A DNA stretch of 64,000 bases from a virus (Duplodnaviria; Caudoviricetes). Shown one piece after another: positions 44,328 to 53,660 of the stretch. The number at the start of each line of letters is the position of its first letter. Positions within the stretch are counted from its first letter, which is position 1. The position numbers and the translations under genes were made by a program. The stretch is taken from IMG/VR virus record IMGVR_UViG_3300021399_000010, positions 15,215-79,214 of that record, one strand, 5' to 3'. The notes under the pieces were generated by a model that had not been told where the DNA came from, did not search any database, and saw only the letters and a program-made list of their open reading frames with translations.

Positions 44328-46115
44328 ATGTCAAGCAGAAACAAAGACAAGGTTTTATCTCCACTTGCGGATGGAAATCAGAAGTATGCAATACGTTCAA
44401 ATGCTGATATTGTATGCTTTACTGGCAACACAGGAGGAGGAAAGTCATACGCATTGTATTATGCGCCAATGGAGTACCTTGCAATGAATGACAATGCGAA
44501 GATTGTTTGCTTTATGCGAAACATCTCCGACTTCTGGGGTGCAGGAAAAGTCAACGACACGTTGAAGAAAATGTACCCACTTATCGACCGCTCGGTGAAG
44601 AAACAACCCAGAGACCCAATCGGTGAGATTATCAGAACCCCCACCGACATGGGTATGAAACTACATAATGGAAGTGAAATAAAATTCCAACAGCTTGACA
44701 ACGAGAGTCCCATTGTTATTGAGAAGATTGCCAAGGGTCTGCAAGCGAAGAAACTTATTTTCGATGAATGCAACAAATTTAACTGGAGGACGATTACCGC
44801 TTTTATGCCTCGTCTTCGCAGCGACTCAAGTGGCAAGGCTCAGATATTTCTCGCACAGAACCCAGAGCGTGAGTGTTTCTTGCGCAAACTGTGTGGGAAA
44901 GGGGAACATGGAGGTGGGTGGATTAATGATGACGGCTCTGTTGACAAGTCTATGGATGGGGTTGTGATGTACTTCAACATGGAGGAGGGTGACTTGGAAA
45001 AGACCTACTTCGGGAGAACCAAAAAGGAGGTTTACGAAAAGTGCAAAGACCACATCGACTCTCTTCTTGCGGTAGACCCAGATATGTCATACGAGGACTT
45101 TATCTTGTCTATGGTGTTCTACACATTCGATGTGAGAGACAACAAGAAGATGTTGTCCAAAAACAAATCCTATCGTGGTCTTGCCGCAAACTCTTCCACT
45201 GCACTCTCTTCCTACAATGCAAACTGGAACTACTCTATTACTGATGATGAGGATGACTCTATTGAGGACTTGTCAAAAGTTCAAGTTTCGCAGATGGACA
45301 TAGAGAGGATGTTCCGTCCTGCCGAGATTCCACACGACAGTGTTTGCGAGAAACGTTTTATGACGATGGATATGGCAACCACTGGTTTCGACAACCTCAT
45401 CTTCATGTATTGGGAGAAATGGTCTAAGTTTGGATTCCTTTGCAGAGACATCAAGTATAGCATGCAGAACACAAACCGAGAGGCGGTAATGATGGCAATC
45501 AAATTCCGTGAGACCCACAACTTGCTTGAGAAAGACATGATACTTGATGTGCAAGGATTCGGATTCCTCAAGGACTGCTTTCCAAGGTCGATTACTTTCT
45601 CTGGCGCAGGTACTGCATCCAATCGTGGAAAAGCACAATTCAAGACCATGAAGGACGAGGCTGGACATATTGCTCTTGAGATGATTAAGAGCGGCCTTGT
45701 ACACTTTGACCCACAACTTGCAAATATGCACTACAATCACAAACACATGAGAAGAGAGGGCGGTACTACAATTCTCCGTCACATGTTGTTTGAGAGTAGG
45801 ATATTCCAGTTCAATAGGACTCCAAATGGCAGGATAGCGATGTTGGGAAAGGAGCAGATGAAGCCGATGTTGAAAGGCATGTCTCCAGACTTGACAGACA
45901 ATATAATCCTTGCTTGTGGTGGTATGGTCTACGATTGTTACCGAATGTTGCGAGATGATTCTGGCATGATGCGCAAACGTGCGAATGCAGAAGACATGCT
46001 CGCTCTTCTCAACGTGAATGCAGATGTCGATGGAAATGACCCCATGAGTTTTGCGAGACCAAAGAAGAAAATAAGAAATGCGAGTGAAATACTAAAAGTT
46101 TTAAGTTCAATATGA
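44328..46115 (+). CDS. terL: Terminase large subunit
   Basis: Walker A FTGNTGGGKS, Walker B LIFDEC, AQNP coupling motif, nuclease strand MTMDMATTGFD. Confidence 0.9.
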   Translation: MSSRNKDKVLSPLADGNQKYAIRSNADIVCFTGNTGGGKSYALYYAPMEYLAMNDNAKIVCFMRNISDFWGAGKVNDTLKKMYPLIDRSVKKQPRDPIGEIIRTPTDMGMKLHNGSEIKFQQLDNESPIVIEKIAKGLQAKKLIFDECNKFNWRTITAFMPRLRSDSSGKAQIFLAQNPERECFLRKLCGKGEHGGGWINDDGSVDKSMDGVVMYFNMEEGDLEKTYFGRTKKEVYEKCKDHIDSLLAVDPDMSYEDFILSMVFYTFDVRDNKKMLSKNKSYRGLAANSSTALSSYNANWNYSITDDEDDSIEDLSKVQVSQMDIERMFRPAEIPHDSVCEKRFMTMDMATTGFDNLIFMYWEKWSKFGFLCRDIKYSMQNTNREAVMMAIKFRETHNLLEKDMILDVQGFGFLKDCFPRSITFSGAGTASNRGKAQFKTMKDEAGHIALEMIKSGLVHFDPQLANMHYNHKHMRREGGTTILRHMLFESRIFQFNRTPNGRIAMLGKEQMKPMLKGMSPDLTDNIILACGGMVYDCYRMLRDDSGMMRKRANAEDMLALLNVNADVDGNDPMSFARPKKKIRNASEILKVLSSI

Positions 46116-47644
46116 TAAGAGAAAGAGACATACATTGGTTCTTGGATAAACCCACAAGACTGTTGCAGATGAGACCTTTCACGAGGGGAGGAAAGATGAA
46201 CTCGCATGGATATGAGGCATCTGAGATTCTCAACAACAACATGATTGAGACTGGGTTTGCGAACTTGCGACTGAAACCAATTTCGCAAGACACATACATC
46301 ACGGAGTATCGTCCCGACCTCCATCATATCATTCTCAACCAGACAATTCCACACATTCAGATTGTGCTTGACGGATGTGCGTTGCCGAGTGGTATGATGG
46401 AGATGACACAAACCGCATCGTTCCAAAAGTTGATTCATTCCGCTCATGTAAGAAACCTCACTGCGAATCCGATTGAGTTCAACCTTTGCAATGAAGAGCC
46501 TGATGATGATGAGAGGAAGACATTCAGCATCATCAAGCAAGAGTGGTTGTGGAGAGACCGAGAGTGGAACAAGTATCAAGCAATAAACACATGTAAGCAA
46601 CTTGGCAATTGCGGTGTATTGTTTAGTTTCGACAAGTATACCCAAACATATAACGTAACCAATTACTCATACGAGGACGGTTACCAAATCATCCCCAACT
46701 ATGATGAGTATGGGATTGAGATAGCAAGGTCGCTCGCATACCAAGTTGACGAGAATATTGTAATAGATACCTATGATGCAACAAAACACTATAGGTGCGT
46801 ACAGACCGCAAATGGTTGGGAGATACAAAGCGAGAAACACGGTTTCAGTCGTTGTCCTCTTCTCCACAAGAGAGGAAAAGTCGCATGGGAGTATGCGGAG
46901 AGTACCATCGAGATGTGGGAACTCATGGCGAACATCCAAGACATTGCACTGAAACGTTTCGGTACGTTTGCACTCGTCTTTACTGGTGAGATGGACACTG
47001 ATTCTTTCAAGCGAGACTCGTCCACACTAATCATAAACCTGTCAAGTGACACAACGAACGGAAAGCAAGATGCAAAAGTTCTTGACTTCCCAGAACCACA
47101 GACGATGGATGGCTATTTGAAGACATTGGAGGAGAAAATATCCTTGTTCTCCTCGACATCGTTCATAACCCCTAAAGACATCACTACTTCAAATAGTGGT
47201 GGTAACGGCATTGCACTTGCTATGTCAAATGACTACTCCCTTGCAGTACAATCATCAATAGACTGGCAGAGATTCATCAACGACATGGTGTACTTACACC
47301 AAGAGGGACTTGATTTGGAGAACAACGGAGTGAGCAAATATGCAAAGGTGCGCATCGGTGCAAAGATTATACCTTGGTCACTTGAAACCACCAACACAAA
47401 GCTGCTCAACCTTACGATGGAAGCACCTTACCTGTCCACGCAGACTGTTATCGAGAGATGTCCCGATGCTGCTCCCGATGAATTGGAGAGGATTATTGCA
47501 GAGAGAGGAAGTCTTATCACAAGGAACGACAAGACGGTTGATTCAGCAGCAGAAACCGCAAACAGCATGGCAACCAACCGCAATGACATAGTTCGCGACA
47601 ATGAAGATAAGATAGTAGTTGAACCAGCACAAATTAATCCGTAA
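46112..47644 (+). CDS. Portal protein
   Basis: 510 aa, ATGA-coupled to terL; SPP1-like features. Confidence 0.8.
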   Translation: MIRERDIHWFLDKPTRLLQMRPFTRGGKMNSHGYEASEILNNNMIETGFANLRLKPISQDTYITEYRPDLHHIILNQTIPHIQIVLDGCALPSGMMEMTQTASFQKLIHSAHVRNLTANPIEFNLCNEEPDDDERKTFSIIKQEWLWRDREWNKYQAINTCKQLGNCGVLFSFDKYTQTYNVTNYSYEDGYQIIPNYDEYGIEIARSLAYQVDENIVIDTYDATKHYRCVQTANGWEIQSEKHGFSRCPLLHKRGKVAWEYAESTIEMWELMANIQDIALKRFGTFALVFTGEMDTDSFKRDSSTLIINLSSDTTNGKQDAKVLDFPEPQTMDGYLKTLEEKISLFSSTSFITPKDITTSNSGGNGIALAMSNDYSLAVQSSIDWQRFINDMVYLHQEGLDLENNGVSKYAKVRIGAKIIPWSLETTNTKLLNLTMEAPYLSTQTVIERCPDAAPDELERIIAERGSLITRNDKTVDSAAETANSMATNRNDIVRDNEDKIVVEPAQINP

Positions 47645-47649
47645 AAGAT

Positions 47650-48081
47650 ATGGGATGGAGTGATTTGATTTTGTCGCTGCTCACTATTTTAGCAGGTGGT
47701 GGATGGTTTCTTACATACCGTGCCTACAAGCGGAAAAATGAAGGAGAGGCAGCGCAGGCTGAAGCCGAAGGGTGGAAAGCACAACAAGATGTATATCAGC
47801 AAACGATAGAGGACTTGAAACAATCATGTTCCTATATCCGTGATGACAGAAATCTTTTGAGAGAGGAGAATAAGAAGTTGCGTGATGAGAACAATCAGTT
47901 GCGTGACAAGTACAACGAACTTGAGCGACAAATCATTGATTTGCGGAAAGAACTTGCACGGCAAGAACGGAAGTTGGAGAGTGTTATCCCTTTTGTGTGC
48001 GGCCTTGCAGGGTGCGCCAATAGAACCCATGTTGAGTTTCAAGAGTCAATAACAGATAAAGACCATGCGGACAATATATAA
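47650..48081 (+). CDS. Probable holin or membrane lysis protein
   Basis: N-terminal TM followed by a coiled coil; directly upstream of the endolysin. Confidence 0.55.
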   Translation: MGWSDLILSLLTILAGGGWFLTYRAYKRKNEGEAAQAEAEGWKAQQDVYQQTIEDLKQSCSYIRDDRNLLREENKKLRDENNQLRDKYNELERQIIDLRKELARQERKLESVIPFVCGLAGCANRTHVEFQESITDKDHADNI

Positions 48082-48694
48082 AGGATGTAGAGGCGATGAT
48101 GTAAAAATCTTGCAGAGAGCATTACATCTGTTTGTCGATGGCATATTTGGTGCATTGACCGAAGAGGCCGTTAAGGATTTCCAAAAAGAGAATGGTATTG
48201 TTGCTGATGGCATTGTTGGTCAGCAGACGTGGTCGAAACTTTTGGGGAAGGACTCTTACGACAAGAATCAGCTTGAAAAATCGAAGAGGTTTATCAACGA
48301 GATAATCGTGCATTGCACTGCGACACCAGAGGGAAAGGATTTCACTGTTGATGATGTCACAAGATGGCATATCAAACGTGGTTTCTCAACCATTGGGTAT
48401 CATTATCTGATATACCGTGATGGAAGCGTGCATAAAGGACGTGACATCAATGTAAGTGGTGCTCACTGCACTGGACACAACAGAAACTCCATTGGAGTGT
48501 GTTATGTCGGTGGTTGCGCACCTAATAGCACCTCCCCAAAGGATACAAGGACAGATGCTCAAAAAACGGCTCTTGTTGATTTGCTTCGCAAGTTGCGAGT
48601 GCTTTACCCACAAGCAAAGATTCATGGTCATAGGGACTTTGCAAACAAGGCTTGTCCGTCATTTGATGCAACGAAGGAATATAGAAATATATGA
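48065..48694 (+). CDS. Endolysin: PG-binding domain plus N-acetylmuramoyl-L-alanine amidase (T7 lysozyme-like)
   Basis: DGIFGALTEEAVKDFQ...DGIVG; IIVHCTAT, IGYHYLI, GAHCTGHN, HGHRDFANKACPSFD. Confidence 0.92.
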   Translation: MRTIYKGCRGDDVKILQRALHLFVDGIFGALTEEAVKDFQKENGIVADGIVGQQTWSKLLGKDSYDKNQLEKSKRFINEIIVHCTATPEGKDFTVDDVTRWHIKRGFSTIGYHYLIYRDGSVHKGRDINVSGAHCTGHNRNSIGVCYVGGCAPNSTSPKDTRTDAQKTALVDLLRKLRVLYPQAKIHGHRDFANKACPSFDATKEYRNI

Positions 48695-49086
48695 TGCGTA
48701 TGAGAAAGATACTGTTTTTGATAATGTGTTGTTCATTCTTCTCTTGTGCAACGAAACGCAAGATTGAGTACATAGACCGAGATGTTGTTAGGTATGAGAC
48801 AAAATACCAACATGACACACTGTTAACCAACATCCATGACAGTATCTTTCACACAATATACCAGAAAGGTGACACTGTTTACGACATAAAATACAAATAC
48901 AAAATCCAATATAGAGACAAGGTTGTATCACGATATGATACAATATACAAAGACAGCATACAGACCGTCTTTAAGGAAATAACCACCGAAAAGAAAGTTA
49001 TTCCTAATTGGTGCTACTATTCCTTGGTGTGTTGGGTTTTAATTATTATATTTGCAATCATAAAAGTTAGACAATGGATAGTTTAG
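48691..49086 (+). CDS. Unimolecular spanin-like lipoprotein
   Basis: Signal peptide with FFSC lipobox-like site, beta-rich middle, C-terminal TM with basic tail. Confidence 0.65.
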   Translation: MMRMRKILFLIMCCSFFSCATKRKIEYIDRDVVRYETKYQHDTLLTNIHDSIFHTIYQKGDTVYDIKYKYKIQYRDKVVSRYDTIYKDSIQTVFKEITTEKKVIPNWCYYSLVCWVLIIIFAIIKVRQWIV

Positions 49087-52000
49087 GACTGAACAAGAAG
49101 TTCCCGATACTTGACAAGGATGGGAATCCTTTCCATGACTTGGTGTTGCACAAAGCATCAGTGGAGAGCGTTGTCATGTCTTTAGGGGACAAGATTGTTG
49201 GCGATGTCTACTATAAGAACAACATGCTTGATGTTACTATGGAAGAGTATGTTGAGTATGATGGGGTTAAGTATATGCTTGTCAATCCGCCGACAATAGT
49301 CAAGGAGGGTGTTGTGTCCAACAACTCAGACTTGAATGGCATGACAAAATACTCATTTGAGTTCTACCATCCGATGTACTGGTTGAATGACTATCCTTTT
49401 GTTGATGTTGCGACAAGTAGGGATGATAACAGATACTTGTCCGAGAGCAAGACTTTTACTTGGATTGGATTGCCCGATGACTACATCGAGAAACTGAACA
49501 AGAACTTGGAAGGTACACTCTGGGTTGTCGAGAAGAGTGAGAGATTCCCAGAGGACAAGGAGACGCAACTTAGTGAGGTTCTTAGTTTCGACAACAGCAC
49601 TATCGCAGATGCGCTCAAGACGTTCTATGAGACATGGGGCATTCCATACGTTATCGAAAAGATAGAGGGTGATGCAAGTCTTTATGTAAAGGGGAAGAGG
49701 TTTAAGGTTGTTCTTGGTTTGCCGTCAAGTGAGATTTATGATGCAAACATGGCAAACTGGACTTCGATGGAGGTCTCCGTGAAGGGTGTGGATGACATCT
49801 ACTACAGCCAGACAAGAATAACAGTCCCTGCGAACAAAAGATTGCTTGTTGACTCACTTACGGATGGATTTCTTCCTGTTATAATGGAGGATGTTCATGG
49901 TACTGTTATAGGTACTACAAGTATCTCATTCACCACCACCACAAATGTGTTGCTTGGACTGCAAGGGAGTAGCGGTATAGTTCGTTACTACATCTACAAT
50001 GGCAGTGAGGACACATACACATTTAAGTGTGGTAAAGGTGTGGGATTGAAGAACAACTCTCGCACACCGAGAAACAACAAGATTGTTACACGAATAGCAG
50101 GATATGGTAGTGAGGACAATATACCCTACGGCTATCCTCAAGTAATATGGTATGGAGACCCTAATGCAATTTGCACCATTGGTGATTCAGTTGGTGTAAA
50201 GACCAATGTTACCATCAACGGAAAGACATTTGCGTATGCGATGTCCTATCCTCTTTATGATGGTATTGTTGGCGGACAATGGGTTAAACTAATCAAACAT
50301 CCTTTTACAAGACACCACTTGATGCCTCTTGTGTATTCGGAGTGTTTGTTCAACAAGGTTAGCCCATACAAGAGTGACGGAACACCGAACTATGATTTCG
50401 ACCCAGACACGACACTTGTTGATTACTATGATGCAATACCAACAGTGGAGCATCCATACCCCAACCCCATCAATGAGAAAGCACCGTCTTATGAAATCCA
50501 TCAGTTTGAGGATATAAAACCCAAACTTGACACAGACACTGCGTTAAGAGCAGATGCAGTCCCTGTGAAGAATGACACCACCGAGGACACTGCATGGGAT
50601 GACTCACAAGATGGTGATGGAAACTATCTGCAAAGCTATTTCAAGTTGTTCCTTCCGCAACTCACATTCGACTTGTATGCGTGTGCTGCAATCACGCAAG
50701 AGATGAATATCATTATGCGTAGTGGTGCTTGTCTTGGGTGTAAATTCCCGATACAAGTAGACTGGGAGGACTACAAGAAGAATTTCTACGACGAAGACGG
50801 AAACTTTGCGCCTTATGGTTCGCAAAGAAACTATGATAAGTACCCCGACTCTTCACAGACAACGATAGATGTTATCGCGCAGAAAGAGTATGAAACATTT
50901 GGGGTTATAATGCCAAACATATACCAACAGCCCAAATCTGGAGACAAATTTGTTATCACTGGTATTTCCCTTCCGTTGTCTTACATACATGACGCAGAGG
51001 AAGAACTTAGTGATGCAATGCAAGGGTATATGATGGAGAACAACATATACTACTATGACTACCCACTAAAGTTTGATGAGTATTTCCTTGCAACCAATAC
51101 ACATATACTTAGACAACTCAAACCGCACAATGTTGTTAGGTTTATGTTTGCAGGGGAGACTCTTGAACTATACATAAAGGACATTGCAATAAAATACGGA
51201 GAATCTCCACTTCCGCAGTATAATATTACACTAACCGACAACATAGAGGTGGTACTCAACCAGATAGGACAAGTCGTTGACAATGTTGATAAGCTATCCT
51301 CTTTGGTTGCGATACTTAGACAAAGCTATGGTCGGAACGTGTGGTCGGAAATATCAAAGAAACTCTCAAAGGTAAGCAATGACACCGCAGCAGGAATCAT
51401 CACATTCTTACAAGGTATCATCTTTGGTAGTGGTGGTTATGGAATCACCGATGATGGTGATGCGACACTAAGCAGTGTTGTTAGCGACAACTTTATTCCC
51501 GACAATTTCCTTGGCTCTGGTTGGGGTGCTTGGTTGGATGAGAATGGAATCTCCACATTTGAGGTTGACAATCTCAATGTCCGTATGAAAGCAATATTCA
51601 ACGAACTTGAGATAAGGAAGGTGAGCAGTTCTGGTGGAAACCTCTTGTTCACCTCCGCAGGGTCGAAGATACAGAAAGTAGTTCCCGTTGATGCGAACGG
51701 AAATGAGACCACAATAGCCAATGCAGTTGCTTTCCGATGTGACTTGTTTTCAGATGACGGAACGACTGCAACAATGAATGATTGGATGGTTGGTGACCAA
51801 GCAAGATGCCAGCAATTCAACATCAAAGAGGGAAAGTATCAGAATGTCTCAAATCGGTCATATTGGAGAAAGGTTATTGCAACCGAAGAGCGGTATGATG
51901 AAGAGGGCAAACTGATAAACTCCGTCATTCTTGCAAAGAACTCAAGCGGAACATACAAGGGTAACTCATTCACAAAAGGAACAAGCACAATGTTGTCAGA

Positions 52001-53651
52001 TTACCCACAAGACAATGACACCATAGTCCAATTGGGTAACCAGACCAATGCGTCAAGACAGAATGCGATAGAGTTGGTTGCAAATGGAGAAAATGCACCT
52101 GCGCTCTTGAAGTATCACGGAATTAATGACTACACTCTTGATGGAAAGTTAATCCAAGGTGAGTATTATGACACAGTACATCATGTGTTCTACTCAAAGA
52201 CCTATGGCAATTGGTATGTTGGAGCGAGGGAAAGTGATGCGGACGGAGGTTACGCAAAATATGACGAGGAAACAAGAACATTCTCAGTAAAAGGTAAACT
52301 TGAAGTAGGTTCAACCCTTGATGATGGCCGTGATGTCAACGCACTTGGAACGAGTCGTGGGAACTTGTTGAAGAACACTGGCTTTACTGGAGATTATGAA
52401 AGTGTTGATGAGGAAGACGGAGAACTTGCGATAGACGAGTCAACTCCGATATATTCCAACCCTCTCAAATACTGGGATGCCACCAACGTGGAAGTCATAG
52501 CCGACACCGACTCTGCAAGCGGCTACTCTGCAAAACTTGGTGTGCTCTCGCAGACCGTTGACGGAGGATGGAAGGAGGGAGAGTGGTATATGCTTTCCCT
52601 CAGAGCCGCACAAGGCACACTTACCATTGAGGCAGGTGGAGAGGTCAAAGTGGCCACCTTGACCGACTGGGAGCGGATAGACTTCCCCTTCCAAGCATCG
52701 ACCACTGACGGGGTGGTGCGGTTCAGCGGCACGGCGAAGGTCTGCGAGATAATGCTTACGGCTGGCAACCTGCCCACCGAGTGGCACAAGGCTTCGACCG
52801 ACAACGACAAGTCAATGGCCGAGTTTTTCGGTCTTGACTACTTACGTAAGGCCATTACGGACGCAACCACCAACATCATCGGCGGTCTGATTATGACACA
52901 GATTTTGAAGGTGGGCAACTACCGAGGAGGCCAAATGAGTCAAGAGACTGGCGGCATGAGCGGTGCTTACAACGATGACAAGTCTCCCTTCCTTTGGGGC
53001 GGCGGCACGATGGAGGATGCTATCTATACCATCATGAAGTATGCAAAGAACCCTGCCTACCAACCCACCGAGGAGGAGGTGAGCAGGATGGCGAAGTTCG
53101 TGGTGACTCATGGTGGCAGAGCGATACTCAACGACATCGTGCTGAGAGGTTACATCTATGCCTTGGGCGGTGTGTTCAATGGAACTGTCTATGCGCATGA
53201 TGGAGTCTTCACGGGTTTCATCGGCAAGAAGAAGACCACAGTCACACCGAGCAATATTGAGCAATATTCAACCCGTGTCATCGAGCCAATATCTGGAGAT
53301 GAGTATTATCAACTCAACATCGAGAAGACTGGTTCTTGGATAGAAGTTCGTGACTTTACCGACTATGATGTTGTGCTGCGAATACCCTATACCTATGGAG
53401 GAACTACAAGCGACACCGCAAGGGCATTGGTAGGCAACTCTGTCTTGCTCTACAACTATTGCTCCGACTCACAAGTAAACCTTGAAATGGTTGGAAACTA
53501 CCATCACGACGATGGTCAAAGTGCGTCCTCTTTCCTTGTCCGAGTAGGTCATTGTGCGTACATGGAATGCAAATGCGGTGCGGACACCAACGGGAAAGAG
53601 GAAATCTATTGGAGTTTTGTGCTATCAGAAGTGTCAGACTATAATTCATAA
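49074..53651 (+). CDS. Tail tip / hub protein (1525 aa)
   Basis: Large multidomain ORF before the fibres; EVDNLNVRMKAIFNELEIRK block and a GNLLKNTGF CBM-like domain. Confidence 0.75.
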   Translation: MDSLGLNKKFPILDKDGNPFHDLVLHKASVESVVMSLGDKIVGDVYYKNNMLDVTMEEYVEYDGVKYMLVNPPTIVKEGVVSNNSDLNGMTKYSFEFYHPMYWLNDYPFVDVATSRDDNRYLSESKTFTWIGLPDDYIEKLNKNLEGTLWVVEKSERFPEDKETQLSEVLSFDNSTIADALKTFYETWGIPYVIEKIEGDASLYVKGKRFKVVLGLPSSEIYDANMANWTSMEVSVKGVDDIYYSQTRITVPANKRLLVDSLTDGFLPVIMEDVHGTVIGTTSISFTTTTNVLLGLQGSSGIVRYYIYNGSEDTYTFKCGKGVGLKNNSRTPRNNKIVTRIAGYGSEDNIPYGYPQVIWYGDPNAICTIGDSVGVKTNVTINGKTFAYAMSYPLYDGIVGGQWVKLIKHPFTRHHLMPLVYSECLFNKVSPYKSDGTPNYDFDPDTTLVDYYDAIPTVEHPYPNPINEKAPSYEIHQFEDIKPKLDTDTALRADAVPVKNDTTEDTAWDDSQDGDGNYLQSYFKLFLPQLTFDLYACAAITQEMNIIMRSGACLGCKFPIQVDWEDYKKNFYDEDGNFAPYGSQRNYDKYPDSSQTTIDVIAQKEYETFGVIMPNIYQQPKSGDKFVITGISLPLSYIHDAEEELSDAMQGYMMENNIYYYDYPLKFDEYFLATNTHILRQLKPHNVVRFMFAGETLELYIKDIAIKYGESPLPQYNITLTDNIEVVLNQIGQVVDNVDKLSSLVAILRQSYGRNVWSEISKKLSKVSNDTAAGIITFLQGIIFGSGGYGITDDGDATLSSVVSDNFIPDNFLGSGWGAWLDENGISTFEVDNLNVRMKAIFNELEIRKVSSSGGNLLFTSAGSKIQKVVPVDANGNETTIANAVAFRCDLFSDDGTTATMNDWMVGDQARCQQFNIKEGKYQNVSNRSYWRKVIATEERYDEEGKLINSVILAKNSSGTYKGNSFTKGTSTMLSDYPQDNDTIVQLGNQTNASRQNAIELVANGENAPALLKYHGINDYTLDGKLIQGEYYDTVHHVFYSKTYGNWYVGARESDADGGYAKYDEETRTFSVKGKLEVGSTLDDGRDVNALGTSRGNLLKNTGFTGDYESVDEEDGELAIDESTPIYSNPLKYWDATNVEVIADTDSASGYSAKLGVLSQTVDGGWKEGEWYMLSLRAAQGTLTIEAGGEVKVATLTDWERIDFPFQASTTDGVVRFSGTAKVCEIMLTAGNLPTEWHKASTDNDKSMAEFFGLDYLRKAITDATTNIIGGLIMTQILKVGNYRGGQMSQETGGMSGAYNDDKSPFLWGGGTMEDAIYTIMKYAKNPAYQPTEEEVSRMAKFVVTHGGRAILNDIVLRGYIYALGGVFNGTVYAHDGVFTGFIGKKKTTVTPSNIEQYSTRVIEPISGDEYYQLNIEKTGSWIEVRDFTDYDVVLRIPYTYGGTTSDTARALVGNSVLLYNYCSDSQVNLEMVGNYHHDDGQSASSFLVRVGHCAYMECKCGADTNGKEEIYWSFVLSEVSDYNS

Positions 53652-53660
53652 AACATATAC

